Below, piece by piece: positions 35,546 to 38,514 of a stretch of DNA of 38,514 nt; position 1 is the first letter of the stretch, and the number at the start of each line of letters is the position of its first letter. Origin of the DNA: Spirogloea muscicola (Eukaryota); contig WELB01000003.1 of NCBI GenBank assembly GCA_009602725.1, positions 72,053 to 110,566 of the forward strand. Reading direction: 5' to 3'. The notes under the pieces are model-generated. The model made no database searches, had not been told where the DNA came from, and saw only the letters and a list, made by a program, of their open reading frames with translations. The position numbers and the translations under genes are program-made.

Positions 35546-36670
35546 GTAACGGGCCCCCCGCCATATCCATAACATCATTTCAAGTTACACTGATATTGTC
35601 GAGTCATGTGCGCACAGACCAATGTCTGGGGGAACCTGTGTCTGAGGTCACCTGGTCCCGTCTTGGACCTCTTGCACTCTACATCGGTGGAGAAAATGGA
35701 GTAAAGGGCATTGGGTCAATCGCTAACCGTTACAAGCAGGCATGCAGGGAGGGCAGGGCGAAGCCCAGCCAGTCTATGCTGGCCCCAAGGAAAGGCTCCC
35801 TTGAGAGGTGGCAGTGGCTGTATATTGCCAACTTGAAAGACTGGAAAAGGTCTCACAGGAACCCCCAACATGACATTTCGTAGAGATGCAGCGGCCGTTG
35901 AAGGCCACCCCAGACATCGGACATGGTTTAGATCCAGCTCAGAAAGTGCAGATCTTCAGCAATATCAAGTGGCTACAACAATTGGCCTTTCAGTAGCCCT
36001 GGGATGACTAGCAGCAGGGAGGAGTTGCCCTGCCAATCTCCTAAGGCGGCATCCAAGGCACGACAGCATGCAGAGCCTGGGAAGGATTGTCAAAGATAAG
36101 GGGGCTCGAACCCTAAGCAGGGGATGAGAAGCTGACACAAGTGGTCCAGTAGGAGGCCCCGAGGTGGGAAGAGGCAGACGCAACCTGGGATGAGTGCCAC
36201 CTCCAAACTCTGCAGCAGGCCTCCAACTTGGAGCCTGTGGATGCCCCCTTGACATCTTGGAGGGACTGGGGGACGCTGGAGTAGCGACGCCCGAGGACAA
36301 GAGGCCAATGACAGCAAGGAGCCGACGAGCAAACAGCGAGCCTCTTTCCTTGCAAGAGAGACGAGCCAGGCACAGAGTAGAGATCTGGGGACGACGGACA
36401 GAAGCCAAAACACGAACAAGGACGACTGGAGCAGACGACTACCACAAGAAGAACAACCTGCGTGCCTGCAAGTTGGGGGGTGATGTGGGCTCCGGCAGAC
36501 CTGTCGTCAGTGGTGTGCAGTAAGGGGACTCTGTATTGGTCAATGACTATACTGGGAAGTGGATTGACGTTACAAACTTCAGGACAATTTGTCTTGCCCA
36601 TGGGACGCTTGCAGAACACAGAACGTACAGTACACACTAAATCTGACGATGTTTACGTTTGTCCTTGATG
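35546..36670 (+). pseudogene. Possible heavily decayed Ty3/gypsy-like gag/protease relic
   Basis: TGTAAC...GTTACA inverted termini at 35546-35588. Broken frames include EDKRPM...DDYHKKNNL (resembles the pre-zinc-knuckle gag segment) and ILGSG..TNF (resembles the protease LDSG..NF). Weak, by-eye similarity only. Confidence 0.25.
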
Positions 36671-37163
36671 TAGTAATAGGACCTGTCAAAGCTCAGTGAG
36701 CTTCTCTCTCGTCCATAGCTGTGTACCAGGTGCAATCGCCCATCTGCAACTCCTGCAAGCAAAGCATGAGTGTGAAGCATGATCAAGCACGTCCAAGCTG
36801 CTCACAATCCTCAACTTGTGTAAACATCAGCATGTGAGCATGTAGATGCTAGTGTTTTATACAATAACCCTCCCTTGTCAGTGAGCAGAACTCACCAGCT
36901 TCGATGTGCTGTGAGCTGGAGCCTTTCTGCATGTTTTATCAACACTTTGACCGAGGATGTGTCGAGAGTACACTCTATTCTCCCCCTTCAACGCTGTACC
37001 CATCGCAGTCGGCCACTTGCGAGTGACTGCTGCTGCCTGCTTCAGAACCAAGGGGGGGGACTGCATCTGCTATGCCTCACCAAAACCTAGTACATTTGTA
37101 CAACGGAATCTGCAACCTCTTGGCAGCGAATACGCCTCTACATTCGAGCCTGGACGGCTTTTA

Positions 37164-37802
37164 TCAGTGTGGCTCCGCTCCAAGAGAAGATGCTGCCCTC
37201 TGCAGTCTCTGGTGTTCCTCAATCTGAGCCAGCCGATGAGGGGGAAGGTATGCCTTGGCCACGTCCACGAGCGACCTGAAGCTGTACGGCTCGTACATGG
37301 CGAGCTCAGACAGCACCTTCCTGTTCAGCTGTACATTCTCGGAGTCCAACCCGTGGACGAATTCACCATACCTCACCTGCGCAGCACCTCCAAGGGCGCT
37401 TGTCAGCTTGATGTGAAGCAGAGGGTGCCAAGAACACTCAGAACACCCTAGGTTAGGTAGATAAGCAATTAGGGTTTATTTATCGAGGTATTGAATGCTG
37501 CACTTCTAGGACAAATAGTGTGGCTTTGACGGCAGCCTTGTACGTAGGCCCTCCAGGATACGAGGATGCAGAGGTGCTGGGGAAGGGCTGGGAGCGGCGG
37601 CTGGTACCCCGTGCAGGCGCGCGCCGGCGTTGATGCGCTCGATCCACAGGCTGCGCATGTCACGCTTCTTGTTACGACGGTCGCGGTAGCTGTACTGTAG
37701 CGCCTTCTCCACGCTCTGCCGCGCCGTCTTAATGCAATTCTTGGAGCGGCCGCGGAAGCCCTTGGCCAGCGCGAAGATGGCGGCGCGGCCCATGCCGCCC
37801 AT
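37164..37802 (-). CDS. RPL20: Nuclear-encoded mitochondrial 50S ribosomal protein L20 (bL20m); 2 exons
   Basis: Exon 1 37802-37608 ([15 protein letters not shown]...[30 protein letters not shown]). Exon 2 37376-37164 ([31 protein letters not shown]). Alternative ATG at 37793. Confidence 0.96.
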
Positions 37803-37928
37803 GGCGCGTGCAGCGCGGCTGCGCGCAGCTCGCTGGCCTTCGCCGCCACACTGGGGCCGCCGCCCGCGCCGGAGAAGGCGGCGCAAGACGCGGCGCGGGA
37901 CGCGGCGGGGCGAGGCAGGGAGGGTGGT

Positions 37929-37942
37929 GTAGGGTTAGGGTT
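37929..37942 (-). promoter_or_regulatory. Telo-box-like AACCCTAACCCTA upstream of RPL20; a canonical AAACCCTA lies in its intron at 37470-37477
   Basis: + strand tagggttagggtt and tagggttt. Telo-boxes are established features of plant ribosomal-protein genes. Confidence 0.5.
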
Positions 37943-38149
37943 GAAGGCGGCTGCTGATATCGAAAGAGCGGCTGTGAAAGCCAGCCAGGTTGATTTCAGA
38001 AGTCGAAATGAATATAGAGGGTTTCTTAAAAGCATGTACAGTCAACCCTGCATAAGGTCATACGGTCGCTTGTGGAGGCTTGTGTAACGATAAACAGGAC
38101 ATAACGGTAGTGGCAATCACGTGACATCACGTGCCCTTATGTACACCTG

Positions 38150-38514
38150 GTCCCTGGTGCCGCGGTGGGAGAGGTGTCGTACATTTGTTATTGTATGTAT
38201 TGTACCGTCTTCTATGGCATCCTGTTGGAGGCTGGTTTCTCCGTGGCAGCAGAGCACTCCGGAATCATGCCAATCCAGCACAGGGCCGACGGTCTCCATG
38301 CCAGGCGTGTAGACCTGGTGGCCACCCGACAGGCCGGCGGGCCACGTCTTCTCCTGGACGTGGTGACTACTGATGCCTATGACCGCTCACACCCAGCCAA
38401 ATGTGCCACCACGGCTGGGTATGCGGTCGCCTGCGCTGCTCGGGCCAAAGAGCTGAAGTACGCGGATCATCCGCGGGAAGACGAGTTCTTCCCGTTGGCC
38501 ATCGACACACATGG
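38150..38514 (+). mobile_element. CRE-like RLE domain fragment running off the window end
   Basis: Open frame from about 38210 that is absent from the ORF track: FYGILLEAGFSVAAEHSGIMPIQHRADGLHARRVDLVATRQAGGPRLLLDVVTTD...ARAKELKYADHPREDEFFPLAIDTH. Confidence 0.88.

Overview
Eukaryotic, GC-rich, intron-rich nuclear DNA. Gene content (land-plant-like PEX14, NAA25 and mitochondrial L20 plus alpha-expansins) suggests a streptophyte green alga; this is inference. Seven host genes are supported: a divergent TM9SF/EMP70 (-), NAA25/TCU2 (-), PEX14 (+), a BTB/POZ KCTD-like protein (-), two convergent alpha-expansins (one intronless, one with 4 coding exons) and mitochondrial ribosomal protein L20 (-). 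The intergenic spaces (about 4.96-8.43 kb, 22.2-24.9 kb, 31.2-35.3 kb and 38.2 kb to the end) are filled with pieces of one CRE-like, RLE-encoding non-LTR retrotransposon group. These pieces are nearly all 5'-truncated 3' ends (ORF end 'SDL..LTRGY*' plus 3' UTR). They come from several subfamilies, are chained head-to-tail and nested in one another, and share a covarying 3'-terminal hairpin followed by a pyrimidine tail. No RT core is present in the window. An N gap (25346-25836) is flanked by a probably artefactual poly-A. Exon boundaries were read by eye from GT/AG sites and frame continuity, and TE fragment ends are approximate.
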